From positions 7,286 through 71,285 of the forward strand of contig JBAYKW010000006.1 of NCBI GenBank assembly GCA_041664365.1: a DNA stretch of 64,000 nt, written 5' to 3'. Below are positions 26,878 through 35,906 of the stretch, one piece after another. The notes beneath the pieces were generated by a model. The model searched no databases. It saw only the letters and a program-made list of their open reading frames with translations, and was not told where the DNA came from. Source of the stretch: Patescibacteria group bacterium. GTDB lineage: Bacteria > Patescibacteriota > Patescibacteriia > UM-FILTER-42-10. Position 1 is the stretch's first letter. Each line of letters opens with the position of its first letter. The position numbers and the translations under genes are program-made.

Positions 26878-28641
26878 ATGCAGAAAAAACTGGAAAACAT
26901 ACCACAGAAGCCGGGTGTCTACTTTTTCAAGGACCAGAAGAATAACATTCTTTATATTGGCAAGGCAACTAACCTGAAAAGCAGGGTGCGTTCGTATTTC
27001 CAGAAATCCGCTTCTTTGGAAATCACTAAGCAGATCATGGTGCAGAAGGCGGTGGACGTGGACTATGTAATAGTGGATTCGCCGACGGAGGCACTGCTAC
27101 TCGAATCCAGTTTAATTAAAAAATACAAACCGCCCTATAATATCAGTTTGAAAGATGATAAATATTTTGTGTATCTGAAAGTAACATTGGATGAAGAGTT
27201 TCCGCGGGTGCTGACGGTGCGCCGGGTGGAAAAAGATAAAAACCGTTACTTCGGTCCGTACGCGTCCGCCACGGCGGTGAAAAATACTTTGCATCTTTTG
27301 AAAAGAATTTTTCCGTATAAAATTTGTAAAAATCCGCCGGAGCAGCCGTGTCTGGGATATCATATCGGCCGGTGTCTGGGACATATTACGGATACAAATA
27401 CGAAAAAAGATTATCAGCAGATCGTCCGGGGGGTGATCAATTTTCTGGAAGGAAAAAATACCAAAATTGTTTCCGATCTGAAAGCGGAAATGAAACTGGC
27501 ATCCAAGCAGAAGAAGTTTGAAAAGGCGGCCCGGCTGCGCGATCAGATTTTTTCCATCGGGTCGGTAATGGAACGGCAGAAAGTGGTGTCCACCAAAAAA
27601 GAAAACCAGGACTTTGTCAGTATCGCCCGCACTGAAAGCATTGCCGCGATCAATCTGTTCATGGTGCGGGAAGGAAAACTGATTCACCAGGAAAGTTTTC
27701 TGCTGGAGCATGTGAAAAACCGACCGGATGAAAAACTGCTGGAGTCATTTTTGAGCCAGTATTATTCACAAGTTTCCCAATTCCCGAAACAGATTTTTAT
27801 TCCCGTAAATATCAGCGATTTTGAAATACTGGAACAGTTCACCAAAGCTAGAATCACCGTTCCGAAAAGAGGACGCAAGCAGAAACTGATTAAACTGGGA
27901 GCGATCAACGCCGAGCAGTATTTGCGCCGGCATGAACTGGAAGTTGCCGGCCGTGATCAGATCGGCATGAAAGCAATTCAGGAGCTTGCGGAGAAACTGG
28001 GCCTGAAAAAACCCCCGCACCGGATCGAGGCATATGATATTTCCAATATCCAAGGTACCAACGCGGTTGGATCCATGGTGGTTTTTACGGATGGAATGCC
28101 GGATAAAGCGCAGTACCGTAAATTTAAAATCAAGACCGTTAAAGGTGCGAACGATCCGGCAATGATGCGTGAGGTATTGAGTAGAAGGTTTGAAAAAGTA
28201 AAAGCCGAAATGAAAAATCGCTGGTTGTTGCCGGATCTGGTTATTCTGGACGGAGGTAAGGGGCAACTGAGCTCGGGGGTTTCGGTCTTGGCGCGTGGCG
28301 GAATTAAAATCCCGATTGTGGCACTTGCTAAACAAGAAGAAGAAATATTTGTTCCGGGAAAAAGCGAATCAATCAGGATCTCCCACGATTCGGAAAGTTT
28401 GAAAATACTGCAGAGGATCCGCGATGAAGCGCACCGGTTTGCAATCGGATTTTATCGTTCAAGACACAGGAAGGCGACACATCGGTCGCTTCTGGACGAG
28501 ATTCCGGGAGTCGGACCTGTCTCTAAGAAAAAACTGATCCGGGAATTCGGTTCGGTGCAGGGGATTCGTGATGCTGATGTTTTGCAATTGGAAAAAGCGG
28601 TGGGTAAAAAATTAGCAAAAATTGTGAGAGAATATTTATAA
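26878..28641 (+). CDS. uvrC: Excinuclease ABC subunit C
   Basis: PGVY..LYIGKATNLKSRVRSYF GIY-YIG, RIEAYDISN, DGGKGQ, RIRDEAHRFA, HhH. Confidence 0.98.
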   Translation: MQKKLENIPQKPGVYFFKDQKNNILYIGKATNLKSRVRSYFQKSASLEITKQIMVQKAVDVDYVIVDSPTEALLLESSLIKKYKPPYNISLKDDKYFVYLKVTLDEEFPRVLTVRRVEKDKNRYFGPYASATAVKNTLHLLKRIFPYKICKNPPEQPCLGYHIGRCLGHITDTNTKKDYQQIVRGVINFLEGKNTKIVSDLKAEMKLASKQKKFEKAARLRDQIFSIGSVMERQKVVSTKKENQDFVSIARTESIAAINLFMVREGKLIHQESFLLEHVKNRPDEKLLESFLSQYYSQVSQFPKQIFIPVNISDFEILEQFTKARITVPKRGRKQKLIKLGAINAEQYLRRHELEVAGRDQIGMKAIQELAEKLGLKKPPHRIEAYDISNIQGTNAVGSMVVFTDGMPDKAQYRKFKIKTVKGANDPAMMREVLSRRFEKVKAEMKNRWLLPDLVILDGGKGQLSSGVSVLARGGIKIPIVALAKQEEEIFVPGKSESIRISHDSESLKILQRIRDEAHRFAIGFYRSRHRKATHRSLLDEIPGVGPVSKKKLIREFGSVQGIRDADVLQLEKAVGKKLAKIVREYL

Positions 28642-28693
28642 TGTAACAAGGGGTGTGGACTGATTAGTCCACACCCCGCTCAAGATAAATAGA

Positions 28694-28840
28694 ATGCCAA
28701 AGAAAATAAATATAGAGGAAGAAAGTGAAGAACTGAAAGCAATCCGCCGTCAGAAAAAGAAAACACCCCGTATGAAAGTTTCGGGGAGTTCAGTTCGGCA
28801 GCTTGCGAGGATAATTAAAGAAAAGTCTGTAAAAAAGTAA
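28694..28840 (+). CDS. Small basic hypothetical protein (48 aa)
   Basis: Hand-read ORF MPKKINIEEESEELKAIRRQKKKTPRMKVSGSSVRQLARIIKEKSVKK. Confidence 0.45.
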   Translation: MPKKINIEEESEELKAIRRQKKKTPRMKVSGSSVRQLARIIKEKSVKK

Positions 28841-28895
28841 CCATTGCCCGATACCTTTATTTCATTAATGCCCGGCCTGCAATGTTTGTCCGATC

Positions 28896-31004
28896 TTACC
28901 CTTGTATATATTTATTGGGTATTTCGGTGATAAAACGGGAAGGGACGGACATTCTGGTACTGCCCCAGATTGTTCTTTGTTCAGTATGCGTGATGTATAC
29001 CCTTTTTCTGGCGCGCGTGATCCCAACATAGCACAGCCGTCGCTCTTCTTCTATTTCACCGGGCTCAAACAGGCTGTTAGTATGGGGGAAGAGACCTTCT
29101 TCCATGCCGGCCAGAAAAACAACGTCGAATTCCAAACCCTTAGCGTTGTGGGCGGTCATCAGCGTTACACCCGGCTTAGTGCTGTCCAGAAGGTCAATGC
29201 CGTTAACTAAAGACACTTCTTCCAAATATTGATGGATTCCATCCAATCCTAGAAGGTTATCAAACTTTTTTGCCACGGATTTCAACTCCATAATATTTTC
29301 CCAGCGGGTTTCCCCCTCTGATGTACCGTCCTGCGTAAATTTTTTGTAGCCGGTTTTTAAAAGGATCAGATCGATAATTTCCCCAGGTGTCAGACTATTT
29401 GCTTTGAACTTGATATCTTCAACCATTCCGCCAAAATTCTCGAGCGCCAGTGCCGCGCGTTTGGACAGGTCCGGGATTGATTGCGCTTCCATGGTTGCCT
29501 GCAGGCAGTCAATATTTTTCTCGGCGGCGTACCCGCATAAAACAGACAGCGTCTTTGCGCCGATTCCGCGGGTTGGTTCGTTGATGATTCTTTTCAAGCT
29601 GATGGAGTCTTTCGGCTCTAAAAGTATCCTTAAATATGCCAGCACATCTTTAATTTCTTTACGTTCATAAAACCGTACGCCGCCGACAATCTGGTAGGGC
29701 ACCCCGTAATCCAAAAGCGATTCTTCCAGTGCCCGGGACTGTGCGTTGGTTCGGTACAGGACGACAAATTTTGATAAATCAACTGTATTTCCCCGGATTT
29801 TCTGCTGGATCTCATTTCTGACGGACGGGGATCCGATGCGCATGCTTCTTTTAATTCCCTCTACGCGCATTATTGTATCTAAAATTCCCATTCCTTGGGA
29901 TTCTTCTGATTCATAGACTATTTCATCGCTATCGCTTTCATTTTCTTCTTCGGGATTCAGGCCGAATATTTCTTTGATAATGAAATCACCTTCGTCACTT
30001 TCATCTGTTACCTGCTTCACCACTATTTTGTTGCCTTCCACCTCATCGGTCCAGAGTTTTTTGTCTGTACGTGACGCGTTTTTGGCAATTACGTAGTTGC
30101 TGGCATCAACAATCGTCTTAGTGGAGCGGTAATTCTGTTCCAGGTGGATTACTTTTGCATCAGGATAGTCTTTTTCAAAATCCAGAATGTTCTGAATATC
30201 GGCTCCGCGGAAGGAATAAATACCCTGCCAGTCATCACCGACTACGCAGAGGTTACGGGACTGCTTAGCCAGTAGATTGGCGAGAACATACTGAGCATGA
30301 TTGGTGTCCTGGTATTCATCCACCATAATATATTGAAAACGCTGCTGGTATTTTTCCAGCACCTCCGGGAATTTTTGGAAAAGTTTGACAGTCAGCATGA
30401 TCAAGTCGTCAAAATCCAGGGCATTCAGGTTTTTTAGCTGTCTTTGATATTCAATATAGGCATCCGCGGCGATCTTTTCCAGATGTTCCTTGGCTCTGGA
30501 CTGGAATTCCGCAGGTGTCAGCATATTATCTTTCCCCTGATGACAGATCATGCTTAAAATAGTGCGCGGTGAATATTGTTTCGGATCAATATGGAGAACT
30601 TCAAACACTTCTTTCATTACCGAATTCTGATCATATTGGTCATAAATAATAAAATTGTTGTTGTAACCCAGCGCTCCGATTTCTTTTCTCAGTATTCTGA
30701 CGCAGAAGGAATGGAAAGTTCCGACCCAGGGCTGCCTGTCATTGAAAAGCTGGGAGGGACTGAATTTTGTATGCAAAAGCTGTTCCACCCGCTGACGCAT
30801 TTCAGTAGCTGCTTTGTTGGTGAAGGTAACTGCGAGGACTGATGACGGCTGTACTTGGAGTACGTCTATTAAGTAAGCAATCCGGTGGACCAGCGTGCGG
30901 GTTTTACCGGAACCGGCTCCCGCCAAAATTAAAACAGGGCCATCGGTCTGTTTTACTGCTTCCAGCTGTTTATTATTTAAATCTTTGAGGATAGGGTTTT
31001 CCAT
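28896..31004 (-). CDS. pcrA: ATP-dependent DNA helicase UvrD/PcrA
   Basis: AGAGSGKT, DEYQDTN, VGDDWQGIYSFRGA, LEQNYRS, EEERRLCYVGITRA. Confidence 0.95.
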   Translation of the reverse strand: MENPILKDLNNKQLEAVKQTDGPVLILAGAGSGKTRTLVHRIAYLIDVLQVQPSSVLAVTFTNKAATEMRQRVEQLLHTKFSPSQLFNDRQPWVGTFHSFCVRILRKEIGALGYNNNFIIYDQYDQNSVMKEVFEVLHIDPKQYSPRTILSMICHQGKDNMLTPAEFQSRAKEHLEKIAADAYIEYQRQLKNLNALDFDDLIMLTVKLFQKFPEVLEKYQQRFQYIMVDEYQDTNHAQYVLANLLAKQSRNLCVVGDDWQGIYSFRGADIQNILDFEKDYPDAKVIHLEQNYRSTKTIVDASNYVIAKNASRTDKKLWTDEVEGNKIVVKQVTDESDEGDFIIKEIFGLNPEEENESDSDEIVYESEESQGMGILDTIMRVEGIKRSMRIGSPSVRNEIQQKIRGNTVDLSKFVVLYRTNAQSRALEESLLDYGVPYQIVGGVRFYERKEIKDVLAYLRILLEPKDSISLKRIINEPTRGIGAKTLSVLCGYAAEKNIDCLQATMEAQSIPDLSKRAALALENFGGMVEDIKFKANSLTPGEIIDLILLKTGYKKFTQDGTSEGETRWENIMELKSVAKKFDNLLGLDGIHQYLEEVSLVNGIDLLDSTKPGVTLMTAHNAKGLEFDVVFLAGMEEGLFPHTNSLFEPGEIEEERRLCYVGITRARKRVYITHTEQRTIWGSTRMSVPSRFITEIPNKYIQG

Positions 31005-31166
31005 ATTGGTTAACCTACTATATCATATTGAGTTAAAAAATCTACTATAAATAAAGGATATGCCATACCTTTACAAATAGCGCCCCATATGTTAGACTAG
31101 AAACCAATCGCTTTCCGGTAATTAAACATAGGACAAGATTAATTCTTTATTTTTTTTGCGAAAGAA

Positions 31167-31382
31167 ATGCAAAACATCCTAAATATTGTTCAGTTAGTAG
31201 TGGCGGTTATGCTGATAATCGCGATTTTACTTCAAAATAAAGGGGCCGGCCTCGGTGGTGTTTTCGGCGGAGATGGAAACACATATTCAACCAAGCGCGG
31301 CTTTGAAAAAAACTTACATATTATTACTATCGTGCTGGCTGTGTTATTTATCGGGCTGGCACTGAGTAATTTCATCATTTAA
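31167..31382 (+). CDS. secG: Preprotein translocase SecG
   Basis: ILLQNKGAGLGGVFGG...TKRGFEK, two TM helices. Confidence 0.93.
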   Translation: MQNILNIVQLVVAVMLIIAILLQNKGAGLGGVFGGDGNTYSTKRGFEKNLHIITIVLAVLFIGLALSNFII

Positions 31383-31442
31383 TTTATATCTTCCTGTCGG
31401 AAGAATTACTTATTCTTAGGTATCCACAAGGACTTATTCAGA

Positions 31443-33353
31443 GTGGGAAAAGATAACAATACAGCGGAAGAAAATCCATCAGTTGAAAAAAATCCTGAAG
31501 GTAGGAATAAATTTTCAAACATGTTTTCAGTTATTAAAAAAAGCAAAAAAAATAACGACGGTTCTTCAGATAAAGACAAATGGATAAAAAAGCATAAACT
31601 GATGGAGAAAAAACTGGTAACTTCGCTGAACGATAAAAAAATTCCGACCTACCGCCAATTCAAATATCTACCGCGCTATTTTACCAAAAAAGAATCTACC
31701 ATTGTACAGATTGCGCTGACTGTTTTCATTATTTCGTTCCTGTTTGTTTTGGTCAGGGTTTATCAGACCGTAACCCATGTTGTTCCTCAATCCGGCGGAA
31801 AGTATACGGAAGCATTGGTCGGATCGCCAAAGTATATCAATCCGATACTGTCTCAAACCAACGACACGGATATGGATATCGCCAGATTAGTTTTTTCCGG
31901 TTTATTGAAAATTGATTCAGATTTGAAATTAGTAAACGATCTTGCGGAAAAGTACGAAATATCCGAGGACCAGAAAGAATACACGGTGTATTTGCGCAAG
32001 GATCTGAAATTCCATGACGGTCAAGACCTGAACGCTGATGACGTATTGTTTACCTTTGAAAGTATCCAGGATACGAGCTATCGAAGCCCGTTATATCTGA
32101 ATTTCAGCGGTGTGGGATTGCAGAGGATTGATGATTATACAGTCAAATTTGTTTTGCAGGAACCTTTCACTCCGTTTTTATCCAGTTTAACTTTTGGTAT
32201 TTTACCGGAACATATTTGGGCCGAAATATCGCCGGAATCAGCGTATCTGGCTGAATATAATTTGAAACCAATCGGTTCCGGGCCGTTTCAATTCAATAAT
32301 TATACAAAAGACAAAAACGGAAATATTAAATCATACGAACTAAAGAAATTTGAAAGTTTTTATGATAATAAACCGTATTTGGATCAGATTACTTTTAAGT
32401 TTTATCCGGATCCTATATCGGCAATGGACGCGGCAAAGAATAAGAATGTTGATGGCGTGAGCTTTGTCGCCAATGAATATAAGGAAGAACTACAAAAAAG
32501 AAATGGAAATATAGAATATCATTCCCTACGTTTACCCCAGTATGCCGCGGTGTTTTTCAACCAGAAGAATGAACTGCTGAAGACCAAAACCGTGAGAGAA
32601 GCGCTGGCCTATGCTGTTGATAAGCAATCAATCCTACAGAATGCGTTAAACGGGGAAGGCGAGATAATCAATGGTCCAATATTGCCGGGTTATGTCGGTT
32701 ATAATCCTGAGATTAGAAAGTATGAGTTTAACCTGGATGAAGCTAGGCGGATTTTGGAGGAAGATGGCTGGAAGTACCCGGATGCTGTTGACGGTGAGCC
32801 GGCGCCTACGGTCCGCGTTAAGGACGGCGCGGAACTGGCGTTCGCGATTTCTACTATTAATTCATCGGAATATCTGGCGACACTTACGATAATTAAACAA
32901 GCATGGGAAAGTATTGGGGTACGTTTAGAGGTAAAGGAATATTCAACCAAAGATATTCAGAAAAGAGTGATTAAGCCACGCGCATATGAGGCGCTGTTAT
33001 TCGGAGAAATAGTCGGAACTGATCCGGATCCGTATCCTTTTTGGCATTCTTCGCAGAGCAGGGACCCGGGCCTGAATCTTGCAGTGTTCTATAATAAAGA
33101 TATTGATCAGCTGTTGGAAGAGGCCAGAAAAACGAATGATGAAGAACAACGTCGACTGAAATATTTGCATTTCCAAAACATTCTAGCAGACGAGATCCCC
33201 GCGATCTTTTTATACAATCCGGTTTATACATACGGTTTGGATGAAAAAGTCAAAGGATTGGAGGGTCAATATATTTCCGTCCCCTCAGACCGTTTCTCCG
33301 GTATTTTAAATTGGTTTATCAAAACCAACCGTAGATGGGGAAAGGAGTCTTAG
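31443..33353 (+). CDS. ABC transporter substrate-binding protein (family 5, OppA-like), membrane-anchored
   Basis: LRKDLKFHDG..LNADDVLFT, PIGSGPF, VREALAYAVD; start uncertain. Confidence 0.9.
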   Translation: MGKDNNTAEENPSVEKNPEGRNKFSNMFSVIKKSKKNNDGSSDKDKWIKKHKLMEKKLVTSLNDKKIPTYRQFKYLPRYFTKKESTIVQIALTVFIISFLFVLVRVYQTVTHVVPQSGGKYTEALVGSPKYINPILSQTNDTDMDIARLVFSGLLKIDSDLKLVNDLAEKYEISEDQKEYTVYLRKDLKFHDGQDLNADDVLFTFESIQDTSYRSPLYLNFSGVGLQRIDDYTVKFVLQEPFTPFLSSLTFGILPEHIWAEISPESAYLAEYNLKPIGSGPFQFNNYTKDKNGNIKSYELKKFESFYDNKPYLDQITFKFYPDPISAMDAAKNKNVDGVSFVANEYKEELQKRNGNIEYHSLRLPQYAAVFFNQKNELLKTKTVREALAYAVDKQSILQNALNGEGEIINGPILPGYVGYNPEIRKYEFNLDEARRILEEDGWKYPDAVDGEPAPTVRVKDGAELAFAISTINSSEYLATLTIIKQAWESIGVRLEVKEYSTKDIQKRVIKPRAYEALLFGEIVGTDPDPYPFWHSSQSRDPGLNLAVFYNKDIDQLLEEARKTNDEEQRRLKYLHFQNILADEIPAIFLYNPVYTYGLDEKVKGLEGQYISVPSDRFSGILNWFIKTNRRWGKES

Positions 33354-33374
33354 TATTGTGACAAATTAAAATCA

Positions 33375-33392
33375 GGGGATGTGGTGAAACTG
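33375..33392 (+). repeat. Duplicated 18-nt tRNA 5' fragment
   Basis: GGGGATGTGGTGAAACTG, identical to 33477-33494. Confidence 0.85.
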
Positions 33393-33476
33393 CCATAAAC
33401 CGCTAAAGGGTTCATGGCAATCCAGTTGTACGTGATTATTAGACTAACATTTTTAGTGTACGGTTTTTAAAAATTA

Positions 33477-33888
33477 GGGGATGTGGTGAAACTGGCATAC
33501 ACGCAGCGTTCACCTGCCCGCCCGTCCATCACGCATATGCGGGATGGACGGACCCGCCATCTTGCCAGATTTATTGGTAAGATATATCTTTTCAAAGTTA
33601 AAGTACATAAAAAACATGCCGAAGTGGTGAAACTGGTATACACGCAGCGTTCAGGTCGCTGTGGGCGCAAGCCTGTGGGAGTTCGACTCTCCCCTTCGGC
33701 ACCAAAATTCTATTATTCACTATGGCAAGGCCCGCCCGCCAGAGTGCCTCTGGCACGTCGGGCGCGGCAGGCGGGGGTCGCTGTGGGCGCAAGCCCGTCC
33801 AATTTCTAAGAACACATATCAAATCTTTCTTTGACGCAAAAATTGTACGGGCAAGCTCGTGGGAGTTCGACTCTCCCCATCCCCACCA
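33477..33888 (+). tRNA. Split tRNA-Leu(CAG) in three segments (33477-33512, 33776-33798, 33861-33888); functional status unknown
   Basis: Joined segments give a full cloverleaf: GGGGATG/CATCCCC acceptor, CAGCG-TTCA|GGT-CGCTG anticodon arm, GGGAG-TTCGACT-CTCCC T arm, ACCA end. Confidence 0.7.
33618..33704 (+). tRNA. tRNA-Leu(CAG), intact
   Basis: GCCGAAG/CTTCGGC acceptor, anticodon loop TTCAGGT, long variable arm, TTCGA, CCA. Confidence 0.95.
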
Positions 33889-33936
33889 GAAAATTATTTG
33901 AAAGCTATATTATTTGAATTAAATCATTATCAATTT

Positions 33937-35712
33937 ATGAATCCAAAAAACACAAAACATCGTTCAAAACAAAATAACCGGATCAGAGTTTATCGCGCAG
34001 ATACCGCCGAGATAAAGCAGGATAAAAAAGAAGAAATGAATAAAAGAGGCGAGCCGGTACTGAAAGTTATTGTCATGGGTGGAAATGAAGAAGTGGGTCG
34101 CAATATGACGATTCTGGAATACGGCAAGGACATTATTATCATTGATATGGGTCTGCAATTCCCCGAGGAAGATATGCCGGGGATTGATTATATTATCCCG
34201 AATATTTCTTACCTTAAGGGTAAAGAAAAAAATATTAAGGGGGTAATTATCACTCATGGTCACTATGATCATATCGGCGCTATTCCACATATCATGAATA
34301 AAATCGGAAATCCGCCGATTTATGGCAGTCCGTTAACACTCGGTATTATTGCCAAAAGACAGGACGATTTCAAACAAAGCGGAAAATTGAATCTGAATCC
34401 GGTCAGCAATAAGGATATTTTAACTATCGGCCGGTTTAAAATTGAATTCTTCGGCGTCAGTCATAATATCCCGGGGTCATTTGGCGTAATTGTTCATACT
34501 CCGGTTGGTCCGATCGTGCATACGGGAGACTTTAAACTGGATCTTCAGCCGGTCGGTGACGTGGAACCGGATATTGCCAAGATTGCCAGACTAGGTGAAA
34601 AAAATGTGCTGGCTCTATTGTGTGACAGTACCAACGCAACCCAGCCCGGTCATCAGTTCACTGAAACTGAAATCCAGGGGAATCTGGAAGATATTATCCG
34701 AATGGCTCAGGGCAGAATTATTGTCGGAACATTCGCCTCCCTGTTAATGAGGGTTCAGCAAATTATCCAGTTGGCGGAAAAATACAACCGCAAAGTTGTG
34801 ATTGACGGATACAGTATGAAAACAAATATTGAAATTGCTCAAAAGCTTGGGTACTTAAAAATCAACAAAGGCACTTTACTGCCAATGAGTGAATTACAAA
34901 ACTATCCAAGTCGCAGGATTCTGGTACTTTGCACTGGTGCTCAGGGTGAGGGTAGGGCAGTACTGATGCGTATCGCCAACCGCGAACATAAGGTGATCAG
35001 AATTGAGCCGGAAGACACGGTTGTATTTTCATCTTCCGTCGTACCGGGTAATGAAAGATCTGTTCAGAGACTGGTTGATACTCTGTACCGCGAAGGCGCG
35101 GAAGTAATCAACTATAAAATGATGGACATTCATGCGGGCGGACACGCGAAGCAGGAAGACCTTAAATTGATTATTAAACTGATCAATCCAAAATATTTTG
35201 TTCCGATTGAAGGCAATCATTCATTCTTGAAAGTCCATGCTAAAGTAGCAATGTCTGTCGGTTTTGATCCGAAGAAAATATTCGTCGCCGATAACGGACA
35301 AATCATGGAATTTACCAAGACAACCGGACGACTGACCTCAAAAAAAGTTCCATCTGATTATGTGTTTGTGGACGGGTTGGGCGTGGGTGATGTTTCCAAC
35401 GTGGTTCTACGTGATCGTCGGATGATGTCTGATGACGGTATGCTGGTTGTAATAGCCACAATCGATGCAAAGACCGGCAATCTGATCGGCAATCCGGATA
35501 TTATCTCCCGCGGGTTTGTATATATGAAGGAGAATAAAAAACTAATCTCAGATACCCGGGAAAAAGTGAAGAATTTGCTGAATGACAAACATCCGAATTC
35601 ATCGGCCAACGATGCTTACATAAAAAACAAAATCAGGGATGATATCGGTCAGTTCCTATTCAGCAAAACACAAAGGAGACCGATGGTTTTGCCGGTGGTG
35701 ATTGAGGTGTAA
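33937..35712 (+). CDS. rnj: Ribonuclease J
   Basis: GGNEEVGRNM, THGHYDHIG, HTGDFK, CTGAQGE, HAGGH; start moved to MNPKN. Confidence 0.96.
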   Translation: MNPKNTKHRSKQNNRIRVYRADTAEIKQDKKEEMNKRGEPVLKVIVMGGNEEVGRNMTILEYGKDIIIIDMGLQFPEEDMPGIDYIIPNISYLKGKEKNIKGVIITHGHYDHIGAIPHIMNKIGNPPIYGSPLTLGIIAKRQDDFKQSGKLNLNPVSNKDILTIGRFKIEFFGVSHNIPGSFGVIVHTPVGPIVHTGDFKLDLQPVGDVEPDIAKIARLGEKNVLALLCDSTNATQPGHQFTETEIQGNLEDIIRMAQGRIIVGTFASLLMRVQQIIQLAEKYNRKVVIDGYSMKTNIEIAQKLGYLKINKGTLLPMSELQNYPSRRILVLCTGAQGEGRAVLMRIANREHKVIRIEPEDTVVFSSSVVPGNERSVQRLVDTLYREGAEVINYKMMDIHAGGHAKQEDLKLIIKLINPKYFVPIEGNHSFLKVHAKVAMSVGFDPKKIFVADNGQIMEFTKTTGRLTSKKVPSDYVFVDGLGVGDVSNVVLRDRRMMSDDGMLVVIATIDAKTGNLIGNPDIISRGFVYMKENKKLISDTREKVKNLLNDKHPNSSANDAYIKNKIRDDIGQFLFSKTQRRPMVLPVVIEV

Positions 35713-35906
35713 TTAGTGTGAAGTTGACAACTGACGATTTATAGTGTATAATTGCTAGGTAAACATTAATTTAACCTAATGTTTAAGGAGGCAAACACAA
35801 AAAATAACAAATTGATTCAAGTTTTTTGTTATAAGGAATAAGCTGCTGCTACATAGCAGCTTTTTTATTTTATTAAATACGAATTAAATAATTAATAAAT
35901 AAGTAC

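Noticed and set aside
33513-33775. Group I intron in the tRNA anticodon (position 35/36)
   Set aside because: The 5' exon ends in A, not U, I see no P7/catalytic core, and much of the insert is occupied by the inner tRNA
33483-33936. ORFs 33483..33809, 33467..33670, 33598..33822 and the GTG extension of rnj
   Set aside because: They are translations of tRNA and palindromic sequence
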